Below, in pieces: positions 19,622 through 28,078 of a stretch of 64,000 nucleotides of DNA. Origin of the DNA: Deltaproteobacteria bacterium (GTDB lineage: Bacteria; Myxococcota_A; UBA9160; SMWR01); assembly GCA_032128375.1 (NCBI GenBank), contig JAQBGU010000012.1, forward strand, positions 32,001-96,000. The letters are read 5' to 3'. The translations under genes and the position numbers were made by a program. The notes under the pieces were generated by a model. The model searched no databases. It had not been told where the DNA came from and saw only the letters and a program-made list of their open reading frames with translations. How positions within the stretch are numbered: the stretch's first letter is position 1; each line of letters begins with the position of its first letter.

Positions 19622-20440
19622 ATGCAGCTCTACAATGAAATTTCGAGTGCGATCTTCGACGCGCTGTACGCGCCGTTCGGCCATGAGTATCCCGCGTTTG
19701 ACCTGCTGCTCTGGCCTGTCGTCATGGGTGTCGTGGCGCTCGTCGTTTTCAAGTACGTGTCGAATCAGAGCGCGATCGCGCGGGTCAAGAAGCAGATCAG
19801 CATGCATCTGATCGAAATACGGCTTTTCAGCCACGACATCGCACAGGTGCTGAAATCCACCTTCTTGATCGTCGCAAAGAACTCGATTTATGTCGGTCAC
19901 AACCTGTTGCCAATGATCGTGATGCTCCCGCCGATGGGCGCATTGATGGTGCAATTGGTGACCCACTATGGGTACGCGCCGTCGCCAGTTGGCGCCGTCG
20001 AATTGCTCCATCTGCAGCTCGACCCCGCTTCGGCGCAGCTTGCGCGGGACGTATCGCTGAAACTTCCAGCAGGGGTTTCGCTCGACGCGCCAATGGTACG
20101 CAGCGCGGATGGGCAGGTTTACTGGCGTGTGCGTGCGGACCAGCCCGGAGACCACGTCTTCCAGATTGAGGTCGACGGCGAAGTCTTCGAGAAGGGTTGG
20201 GCGGTTGGCGGTGGGCCGCGAAAAATTCCCGTCAAGCGTTTGCGCAGCGCCGAGGCGCTGCTCTACCCCAGCGAGCCCGCGATCGGATCGGGTGCGCCGG
20301 TTGTGTCGATCGAACTGGATACGAAGACCCGACCGCTGGCCTTCTTCCCGGACGGCGAAGAGGGAATCCTGCTGTGGTCGTTCGGAGTGTCGATATTGGC
20401 AGCTCTCGCGCTGAAGCCCGTGTTTGGGGTCACGTTCTAG
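19622..20440 (+). CDS. 3-TM membrane protein with EMC3/TMCO1/DUF106 (Oxa1-superfamily)-like architecture
   Basis: Amphipathic N-helix, TM1, helical hairpin (NQSAIARVKKQI...), TM2 (LLPMIVMLPP), beta-rich loop, C-terminal TM ending LKPVFGV; the CDS itself is solid, the family call is inferred. Confidence 0.6.
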   Translation: MQLYNEISSAIFDALYAPFGHEYPAFDLLLWPVVMGVVALVVFKYVSNQSAIARVKKQISMHLIEIRLFSHDIAQVLKSTFLIVAKNSIYVGHNLLPMIVMLPPMGALMVQLVTHYGYAPSPVGAVELLHLQLDPASAQLARDVSLKLPAGVSLDAPMVRSADGQVYWRVRADQPGDHVFQIEVDGEVFEKGWAVGGGPRKIPVKRLRSAEALLYPSEPAIGSGAPVVSIELDTKTRPLAFFPDGEEGILLWSFGVSILAALALKPVFGVTF

Positions 20441-20443
20441 TCA

Positions 20444-21055
20444 ATGTGGAAATTCATCAAGCGACTCTTTCGCAGGAATCGAGGCGAGCCAATCGTCATC
20501 GTGAGTGGTCTGCCGCGCTCTGGAACTTCGATGCTGATGCGGATGCTCGATCGCGGTGGCATCGAGATCATGACCGACAGTGAACGGGCCGCAGACATCG
20601 ACAATCCGAATGGCTACTTCGAATACGAACGCGTGAAGCATCTCGAGAAGGAAGCAGACAAGTCCTACGTGAGCGAGGGACGCGGCAAGGTCCTCAAGGT
20701 GATTTCGTTTCTGATCAAGGATCTGCCCGACGACAACGACTACCGGGTGATCTTCATGCGACGCGACCTCGATGAAGTGATCACCAGCCAGAACAAGATG
20801 ATCGATCGGCTCGGAACGCAAGACACGACCGCGGACCGCGAAGCCATGAAAGAGGCCTACCGAAATGACATCGTCCGCACTCGGTTGTTGTGCAAAAACC
20901 GACCCAACTTCGAACTGATCGAAATCCACTACAAGCAGACCATCGAAGATCCCGCCGCCACCGCCAGCGAGTTGAACGTGTTTCTGGGCGGGCGGCTCGA
21001 TGAAGCCGCGATGCGCGAGGGAGTCGACGCGAACCTCTACCGCAACAAGACCTGA
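20444..21055 (+). CDS. PAPS-dependent sulfotransferase family protein
   Basis: 5'-PSB loop VSGLPRSGTSMLM, NPNGYFE, 3'-PB-like FMRRDLDEVITSQ; no signal peptide. Confidence 0.85.
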   Translation: MWKFIKRLFRRNRGEPIVIVSGLPRSGTSMLMRMLDRGGIEIMTDSERAADIDNPNGYFEYERVKHLEKEADKSYVSEGRGKVLKVISFLIKDLPDDNDYRVIFMRRDLDEVITSQNKMIDRLGTQDTTADREAMKEAYRNDIVRTRLLCKNRPNFELIEIHYKQTIEDPAATASELNVFLGGRLDEAAMREGVDANLYRNKT

Positions 21056-21079
21056 CCCTCGACCGGCGATCGGGGCAAG

Positions 21080-22063
21080 CTACTGCTCCGGGTCGAGCGA
21101 GATCATCTGCGACTTGGCGTAGCGGTCGCCGGCAACCGTGTTGGCATTGATGATTTCTCCGGCGCGTTGCAGATCGTTCGCGGAGATGATGAGTTCGGCC
21201 GCCGCTGCGTTCTCTTCGACGTACGCGACGTGTTTGGTCCCGGGAATCGAAACGATCGAGTCTCCCCTCCCGAGTAGCCACACCAGCGCAAGCTGCGCCA
21301 TCGTGCACTGGTTGTCCGCCGCGATCGCTCCGAACTCGGAAAGCAGGTCCCGGTTCTTGCGGAAATTTTCCGTCTGGAATCGAGGCATTCCGCGCCGCAT
21401 GTCGGACTCTTCCAGGTCGTCGATGTCGACGATCTTTCCGGATAGGAAGGCCCGGCCCAATGGAGAAAACGGGACGAAGCCGATGCCCAACTCCGAGCAG
21501 ACATCGAGTACGCGGTACTCAGGGTCTCGGGTCCACAACGAGTACTCGGACTGTACGGCCGTAATTGGGTGGACGGCGTGTGCCCGACTAATCGTCGTCG
21601 ACGAGACTTCTGACAGGCCAATGGTTCGGATCTTGCCGGCCTTCACCAGCTCCGCGAGTGCGCCAACGCTGTCTTCGATCGGGACATTCGGATCGCGTCG
21701 GTGGAGGTAGTAGAGGTCGATCGAATCGGTCCCCAGGCGCTCGAGGCTCTCGTCACAGGTCTGGAAAACTGCCTCGGGTCGACAGTCGACGCCTCGACGA
21801 CCCCGATCGTCGACCACGATCCCGCATTTGCTCGCGAGAACGAATTCGTGCCGTCGCTTGGCGAGGACCTTGCCGATCAGCGTCTCGTTGTGTCCGAGGC
21901 CGTAGACGCTGGCCGTATCGAGGAACGTGATACCGATATCGAGCGCGCGATGTAGCGCGCGCTCGGACTCCGCCCGGTCCGGTTTTCCGTATGCCTGAGA
22001 CATGCTCATGCAACCGAGCCCGATCGCAGAAACCTCGAGTTCACCGAGTTGGCGTGTCTGCAC
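21080..22063 (-). CDS. Aldo/keto reductase
   Basis: SAIGLGCMSMS, DTASVYG, DLYYLHR, IGLSEV, QSEYSLW, IPGT; GAGG before GTG 22063. Confidence 0.93.
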   Translation of the reverse strand: MQTRQLGELEVSAIGLGCMSMSQAYGKPDRAESERALHRALDIGITFLDTASVYGLGHNETLIGKVLAKRRHEFVLASKCGIVVDDRGRRGVDCRPEAVFQTCDESLERLGTDSIDLYYLHRRDPNVPIEDSVGALAELVKAGKIRTIGLSEVSSTTISRAHAVHPITAVQSEYSLWTRDPEYRVLDVCSELGIGFVPFSPLGRAFLSGKIVDIDDLEESDMRRGMPRFQTENFRKNRDLLSEFGAIAADNQCTMAQLALVWLLGRGDSIVSIPGTKHVAYVEENAAAAELIISANDLQRAGEIINANTVAGDRYAKSQMISLDPEQ

Positions 22064-22228
22064 GAAGTACCTCGCTTTGGTGTCGCCCCTTGATGGGGTC
22101 ACTGGGTGATCCATAATCGCACATCCCGCGAAGGGATTGAATCGCTACCGCAGTTCGCTCTCCAAGCTCGCTGTCCAGACTCCTCAACCGTTTCGCCAAA
22201 CGGTTCGCTCAACCGAAAGGAACTCCAG

Positions 22229-22639
22229 ATGGCCACAATTCTCGCGCACATTCAGATCAAAACGGGTCGAGAGCGGGATTTCGAGGCGGTCGCGCGGGCA
22301 CTCCACGAGGCGACGCACCGCCGGGAGTCGGCGGTGATCCACTACGAGTACTGGCGCGGTGCGACGCCGTCGCTTTACTACTGCCTGCTCGCGTTCGACG
22401 ACTTCAACGCGTTCATTGCGCACCAGACGAGCGACCACCACGAGACCGCTTCACCGATGCTGGCCGAACTCATCGCCGATATGAAACTCGAATGGGTCGA
22501 CCCGGTCGGTGGAGCTTCTCGGCTGCCGCCGACCGACAAGCAGCCGCTTCCCGATGGGGCGGACGAACTAAGCCAGCGCTACCACCGAATCTTCGCCGCG
22601 ACGCTCCAAGATTGGTGGCTCGCGATTCGAGGCGAGTGA
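22229..22639 (+). CDS. Antibiotic biosynthesis monooxygenase (ABM) family protein
   Basis: TILAHIQIKTGRERDFE...YEYWR...FIAHQTSDHH; AAGGA RBS. Confidence 0.75.
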   Translation: MATILAHIQIKTGRERDFEAVARALHEATHRRESAVIHYEYWRGATPSLYYCLLAFDDFNAFIAHQTSDHHETASPMLAELIADMKLEWVDPVGGASRLPPTDKQPLPDGADELSQRYHRIFAATLQDWWLAIRGE

Positions 22640-22641
22640 AC

Positions 22642-24324
22642 TCAGGCCCGCGACGCCACCAATCGGTTCAGCGCCGAGATCACAGCGAGTAGCGATGCCG
22701 TGGTGATGTTGGTGTGTCGTCCGGCACCGAAGAGGGTTTCTCTATCGGCGTCCGCTTCGACTTCGACGTATGCGACGGCTCCCGCATCGGCACCGACTCC
22801 AACCGCGTGTTCGCTGAAGTCGACGACCTGCAACGCCAGATCCAGCCTTTTGGCCAGCGCGTTCACGAGAGATGCGATCGGACCATTGCCGGAGCCGTGG
22901 ATCGTTCTTTCGGTGCCGTCGACCTTCACCCGAAACGCGATGTCGTGTTCCGAGTCAACCTGCGAGTCGGATACGGGTTGGTAGCTGATCAATTCGATCG
23001 GCGATACGCGCGACAGATATTCGCAAGAGAACTGCTCAAATATCGCGTCCGACGTGATCTCGAGACCAGTGCTCTCGGTCACTTGTTGGATCTGCTTGCT
23101 GAATTCGATTTGCAGCCGCCGAGGCAAGCGCATGCCGTGGTTGCTTTCGAGAAGGAAAGCCACGCCGCCCTTGCCCGATTGGCTGTTGACGCGGACGACC
23201 GCCTCATACGATCGCCCCAGATCGCGCGGGTCGATCGGCAGGTACGGCACCTCCCAGAAATCGTCATCGGCCTCGGCGATCGCGGCCATTCCCTTCTTGA
23301 TGGCGTCCTGGTGCGAACCCGAGAACGACGTGTAGACCAACTCGCCCGCGTAGGGGTGACGCTGGTGGACCGGTAGTCGCGTGCAGTACTCCGCGACCTC
23401 GACGATCTCGTCGATTTTCCACAGCGCCAGTTTTGGATCGACCCCCTGGGTATACAGGTTCAGCGCGAGGTTGATGATGTCGACATTTCCGGTTCGCTCC
23501 CCGTTTCCGAACAGCGACCCTTCGACCCGGTCGGCGCCCGCCAACATCGCCAACTCTGCGGATGCGACACCGGTGCCGCGATCGTTGTGCGGATGAAGCG
23601 ACAGCACCACCGAATCACGGTCGCGAATGTTTCGCCCGAACCATTCGATCTGGTCCGCATAGATGTTCGGCGTCGCCATTTCGACGGTCGAGGGCAGGTT
23701 CAAGATGATGGGCGCAGCCGGTGTCGGGCGCCACACGTCCATCACCGCCTCGCAGACTTCGACCGCGTAATCCAGCTCGGTCCCGGTGAAACTCTCCGGC
23801 GAATACTCGAGCACGATTTCGGTCTCGGGCATCTCGTCGCGAAGCCTCGCGATGAGTTCGGCGCCGCGCACCGCGATGTCCCGGATGCCGTTGCGATCGA
23901 GCCCGAACACGACCCGCCGCTGAAGCGTCGAGGTGGAGTTGTACAGGTGAACGATCGCGCGTTTCGCGCCCTGAATCGACTCGAAGGTGCGTCGGATCAA
24001 TTCCTCGCGCGACTGCGTGAGAACCTGGATCGTGATGTCATCGGGGATTCGATCATTTTCGATCAGTTCCCGGACGAAGTCGAATTCCGGCTGGGACGCG
24101 CTGGGAAACCCGACTTCGATCTGCTTGAAGCCGATCTCGACGAGCTTGTCGTACAAACGGCGCTTGCGCTCGACATCCATCGGCTCGACGAGCGCCTGGT
24201 TGCCATCGCGCAGGTCGATGCTGCACCACAGCGGTGCCTCGGTGAGCACCTTGTTGGGCCAGCTGCGATCCGGCAAATTGATGGGTGCAAAGGGCTTGTA
24301 TCGAGTGGCGGGCATGCTCGTCAC
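22642..24324 (-). CDS. leuA: 2-isopropylmalate synthase
   Basis: DLRDGNQAL, EVGFPSAS, EYSPESF, LHPHNDRG, GNGERTGN, RVNSQSGKGG, GNGPI; AGGAG RBS. Confidence 0.97.
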   Translation of the reverse strand: MTSMPATRYKPFAPINLPDRSWPNKVLTEAPLWCSIDLRDGNQALVEPMDVERKRRLYDKLVEIGFKQIEVGFPSASQPEFDFVRELIENDRIPDDITIQVLTQSREELIRRTFESIQGAKRAIVHLYNSTSTLQRRVVFGLDRNGIRDIAVRGAELIARLRDEMPETEIVLEYSPESFTGTELDYAVEVCEAVMDVWRPTPAAPIILNLPSTVEMATPNIYADQIEWFGRNIRDRDSVVLSLHPHNDRGTGVASAELAMLAGADRVEGSLFGNGERTGNVDIINLALNLYTQGVDPKLALWKIDEIVEVAEYCTRLPVHQRHPYAGELVYTSFSGSHQDAIKKGMAAIAEADDDFWEVPYLPIDPRDLGRSYEAVVRVNSQSGKGGVAFLLESNHGMRLPRRLQIEFSKQIQQVTESTGLEITSDAIFEQFSCEYLSRVSPIELISYQPVSDSQVDSEHDIAFRVKVDGTERTIHGSGNGPIASLVNALAKRLDLALQVVDFSEHAVGVGADAGAVAYVEVEADADRETLFGAGRHTNITTASLLAVISALNRLVASRA

Positions 24325-24410
24325 GGTATGTTCTCCTGTGCGCCGAGGCCTGGGTCGGAGGGCTGCGCGCTTCTTGCTCGTCTTTCTGACGATTGCGGGA
24401 AGCTATTCAA

Positions 24411-24470
24411 GCGACTTCAAGCAACTTCGAGCAACTTCGAGCAACCTCAACTAACCCCAAGCAACCCAGA
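24411..24470. repeat. Degenerate 10-bp tandem repeat in the leuA leader
   Basis: gcgacttcaa gcaacttcga gcaacttcga gcaacctcaa ctaaccccaa gcaacccaga. Confidence 0.75.
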
Positions 24471-24515
24471 AACGCGAAACCCCCTCCGGCCGGCTCGGCG
24501 GGAGAGGGTTTCGCG
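24468..24515 (-). terminator. Attenuator terminator hairpin upstream of leuA
   Basis: Minus strand cgcgaaaccctctcc ... ggagggggtttcgcg followed by tttct. Confidence 0.8.
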
Positions 24516-24546
24516 CTCGGCGTTTTCTGGACCAGTCTGCCGGACG

Positions 24547-24609
24547 CTAGATTCCTCCCGCCCTGCTAAGCAGCAGGGCGTCTGTAAGAGCGAGGGTTCG
24601 GCTGGTCAT
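24547..24609 (-). CDS. Leucine attenuator leader peptide
   Basis: MTSRTLALTDALLLSRAGGI* (5 Leu, including LLL); its ggcgggag pairs with ctcccgcc in the terminator 5' arm. Confidence 0.8.
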   Translation of the reverse strand: MTSRTLALTDALLLSRAGGI

Positions 24610-24734
24610 GATGGATCATTCTTACCCGAACACCCGCAGGGCGTCAAGCGAATTCCCGCGATGCCGCACACAGCCTGGGTGCCGAGTCCGGGACGCTGGG
24701 GATTCGCCAAGCGCAGCCCAAGCCCAGTAACGTC

Positions 24735-26033
24735 TCAGGCCGCGGCTTCTCCACTAATGGCTTCGAGTTCTCGTTGGTGGGTCTCCGGCAAGAACAGCAG
24801 GCAAAATGCAGCGCCGATAGACGAAAGTGACACCCAACTGACCACGCTCGCCAAGCTGCCGGAGCTGTTCGTTCCAAAACCGAATATCACCAACCCACAG
24901 ACGAAACCGATCGATTGGACAGCGATCAGCGTCCCGCCCGATGAGCCGCGTTGCGAAGTCGGGAACATCTCGGTGGACTGGGCGCGGATGACGACATCCG
25001 CTGCTGACATGCACAACACGTAGAGCCCCCAGCTGATGACCAACACTTCCGACGGACCGTTGAAGAAGAGCACCGCGAACAGCGGTGCGATGGCGAGTGC
25101 CACGAAGCCCACTTTTCGCCGTCCAAACCGGTCGCTGCCGCGGCCGCCGATGACGTTGCCAAACATCCCGATGAACCCACCACCGAGCACCAGCAAAGAG
25201 TACTGCCCGGGTGACCAGCCGTGCGATTCCTGAACGAAGAAGCTTGTGTACTGAAACACCGCGATGCTTCCCATCGCGCCAAAAAAGCCGGCGAGCCCCA
25301 CGGTGATGACCCGACGCGGGTGGGTGTTCGCGAGTGCCGTGAGCGGCTCGAGCCACGCCTCCAAACTGATCGTGCGTCGTCGGGTCGACTCCACGTGAGC
25401 GGTGAACCGGTGGGTTTCGCGCAGCGATCGGCGAAATAGCGGCAGCACCGCGAGTGGCAGAATGCCGATTGCATAAAGAGAGCGCCACCCGTGAGGCAAC
25501 GCGTCGACAGCGCCGTACATGGCTGCGCCGGCCCCGTAACCCATGCCGCCGAGTACAGCCATCAGGCCGAGAGCGGAACCCCGTTGATCGGCCGGGAATT
25601 CCTCGACCAGAATGACCACCGAAAGCGCGGCCCCGGTCAACATGAACGCGCGAGTCACCATCTGCAGCAGCATGAACTGTTCTTGTGTCTGTGAAAGACC
25701 GGTCAAGAAGGTTCCTGCGCTCATTCCGATCAGGGAAGTCAGGAACATCTGGCGCCGGCCAATCACGTCTGCCAATGGGATCAACAGCAGAACTCCCAGA
25801 CCGCCGAGGCGCACGCCCGCCATCACGAAGCCGGTGTCGCTGGTGGACATGTCGATCGAGATCGCGATCTGTTTCAACGCCGCATTGACGAGCCCGATGT
25901 CGTAGCTTTCGAACACCATGCCGAGTGAGACCAAACGCAGCATCCCGAGTGGGCCCTTCATGACAACGGTGTCGCGGCCAAAGAAGAGCCTGAGCAGAAA
26001 ATTGCTGTCCGCCGGCGTGTCGTCGCTTGTCAT
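24735..26033 (-). CDS. MFS transporter
   Basis: About 12 hydrophobic segments; motif A-like LADVIGRR and GSDRFGRR; EEFPADQRG, EMFPTSQRG. Confidence 0.9.
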   Translation of the reverse strand: MTSDDTPADSNFLLRLFFGRDTVVMKGPLGMLRLVSLGMVFESYDIGLVNAALKQIAISIDMSTSDTGFVMAGVRLGGLGVLLLIPLADVIGRRQMFLTSLIGMSAGTFLTGLSQTQEQFMLLQMVTRAFMLTGAALSVVILVEEFPADQRGSALGLMAVLGGMGYGAGAAMYGAVDALPHGWRSLYAIGILPLAVLPLFRRSLRETHRFTAHVESTRRRTISLEAWLEPLTALANTHPRRVITVGLAGFFGAMGSIAVFQYTSFFVQESHGWSPGQYSLLVLGGGFIGMFGNVIGGRGSDRFGRRKVGFVALAIAPLFAVLFFNGPSEVLVISWGLYVLCMSAADVVIRAQSTEMFPTSQRGSSGGTLIAVQSIGFVCGLVIFGFGTNSSGSLASVVSWVSLSSIGAAFCLLFLPETHQRELEAISGEAAA

Positions 26034-26339
26034 AGTTGATTCAATTTCAACGAGTGGTTGCGTGGTGGGGGCAATAATCGCCGCGGTGCCCGGATACTAC
26101 AACCCAGCTCATCGGCCGGGGACTCTGGGACACCCTACCTGAAGTGGGGCCAGTGCAAGGGGGTTTCCTCCACGAGCGCCATGGAGGTCGCTCGCGCTCG
26201 AGCCCTGCGCGGTTGCAGGGGCCCGGAATCACAGTGTTTATCGGCGAGGGTCGAATTTTGCGAAAGAGCAGCGGTGTGTGACCGGATACGTCACGAAGAC
26301 CGGCTGAAATGATCAGGGCAACAACCAGGAGCAATCCCC

Positions 26340-26705
26340 ATGAACATCAGCATCAGCACGAGCAAACTGGTGAACTTGAACGCGAACCGAAACTCGACCC
26401 GAAGCCCAGACAGGCCAAGCAGGCTAGGCGGGCCAGGCGGGAAGGAAGAAGTCTTCGAGACTGCGCGAATCGCTTCGCGAACCCTCACGTGGTGCGACGT
26501 CTGTGGATTCGCGGAGGTTCGGACCGATGAAGTCCTCGATGCTGAGGTCCTCTTTCTCGCCGAGTGTCCGCGTTGCGAAAATCGCTGGACCTCGCGCGAG
26601 CCGATTAGCAGGCCATTGCCGCTCGCCGCTTCGGTTCAAACGGTTGCCAGGCGCTTCCGACGCGTGCCCGCACGCGTATCCCGATCTGTCGAGCCGGCAG
26701 CCTGA
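26340..26705 (+). CDS. Small zinc-ribbon-like hypothetical protein
   Basis: AGGAG RBS; CDVCG ... ECPRCENRW. Confidence 0.55.
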   Translation: MNISISTSKLVNLNANRNSTRSPDRPSRLGGPGGKEEVFETARIASRTLTWCDVCGFAEVRTDEVLDAEVLFLAECPRCENRWTSREPISRPLPLAASVQTVARRFRRVPARVSRSVEPAA

Positions 26706-26895
26706 CTCTACGCGGTAGCCAATGCGCATGGAGTAGCCCCTGAAGTAGCCCATGCGTTAGCACGCTTGCCCGCTCAGGTGCGGAGCGCGCGGCGCTGGCC
26801 GGCGCAATACGCGCGCGGGCACATGCGCGAACGCTTTCGCGGGCCCTTCTGCACCACTACGGGCGCACTCCGTGTGCCGTGATAGTGTCGAACCG

Positions 26896-28077
26896 ATGAG
26901 GCTCGTTCTCTATACAGGAAAAGGGGGTGTCGGCAAGACCACGACGGCCGCTGCCACCGGGGCTTGCGCGGCCGAGCGGGGGCGCCGCACGCTGATCGCT
27001 TCAGCGGACGCGGCACACAGTCTTGGCGACGTACTCGAGCGCCGGCTCGGGCCCCAACCAACAGAAGTCGCACCCCATCTCGACGCCATAGAGATCGACC
27101 CTCGGGCCGAGGTGGAGCGCCACTGGGGCCGGATTCGGGACTTCCTGATCGAGGTCTTCGTCCACCAGGGCATTGACGACGTCGTCGCCGAAGAGCTGGC
27201 GATGCTGCCGGGAGCGGAAGAGATCACGACGTTGCTCGCGATCGAAGCGTTCGCCGAATCGGGCCGGTACGACTTCGTGATCGTCGACTGCGCGCCGACT
27301 GACTCGGCGCTGCGGCTCGCCACGCTGCCCGATCTCGCGCACCGCGCGCTGAGAGTGCTTCTGCCCACCATGCAAGCCATCACGACAATCGGAACACCCA
27401 TCGCGCGCAAGCTGGTGTCGGTACCGTTACCGGGCGCGGAGGTCTTCAAGGATGCCGAGACGCTGATCTACGACAAATTGCAACTTCTGCGCGCTCGCAT
27501 CACCGACTCACAGACGAGCGTTCGGCTGGTTGTGACGCCCGAAAGCGTTGTGATCGAAGAAGCGCGCCGCGCGCAGACGGAACTGGCTCTGTTTGAAGTG
27601 CCTTGTGATGCAGTCGTGATGAACCGATTGCTCCCGGCCGAGGCTGCGCGAGAGAAATTTTTCCGCGAGATGAGCCGATTGCAAGAGCAGCGCTTCTCTG
27701 AGGTAGAGCAGACGTTCGCACCTCTTCCGGTGTTGCGTGGCCCGCTGTTCGACGACGAGGTCACGGGCGTCGATCGCCTGGCGGAACTCGGCCGGCGGCT
27801 GTTCTGCAGCCATCAGCCAGACGCCGTGCTGTGTGCGTCGGCTCCGGTGCGATTCCAAAAAGACGAAAAAGGCTACCGGGCGGAGATTCCGTTGCCGAGT
27901 GTGCGGGCGGACGAGATCGATGTGGCGGTGGTGGGCGAGGATCTAGCGATCACGATCGGTGGTCGACGCCGGTTGCTGGTGCTTCCTCGGCAGATGGCCC
28001 AGCTCACTGTCGAGTCCGCCAAGCTCGAAGGCACGCAGCTGGTCGTTTGCTTTGGGTCAACCGGGAGCGAACGTTAG
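26896..28077 (+). CDS. ArsA/Get3 family ATPase with C-terminal HSP20-like domain (copy 1)
   Basis: YTGKGGVGKTT, SADAAHSL, LPGAEE, VDCAPT; beta-rich tail EIDVAVVGEDLAITIGGRRR. Confidence 0.9.
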   Translation: MRLVLYTGKGGVGKTTTAAATGACAAERGRRTLIASADAAHSLGDVLERRLGPQPTEVAPHLDAIEIDPRAEVERHWGRIRDFLIEVFVHQGIDDVVAEELAMLPGAEEITTLLAIEAFAESGRYDFVIVDCAPTDSALRLATLPDLAHRALRVLLPTMQAITTIGTPIARKLVSVPLPGAEVFKDAETLIYDKLQLLRARITDSQTSVRLVVTPESVVIEEARRAQTELALFEVPCDAVVMNRLLPAEAAREKFFREMSRLQEQRFSEVEQTFAPLPVLRGPLFDDEVTGVDRLAELGRRLFCSHQPDAVLCASAPVRFQKDEKGYRAEIPLPSVRADEIDVAVVGEDLAITIGGRRRLLVLPRQMAQLTVESAKLEGTQLVVCFGSTGSER

Positions 28078-28078
28078 C

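Noticed and set aside
24411..24470. CRISPR array from the short repeats here and at 48729 and 54798
   Set aside because: Units of 10-12 bp are directly adjacent with no spacers, and there are no cas genes
23587..25023. 478-aa plus-strand ORF and similar long overlapping ORFs throughout the window
   Set aside because: Antisense or alternate-frame shadows of well-supported genes, expected in high-GC DNA, with no motifs
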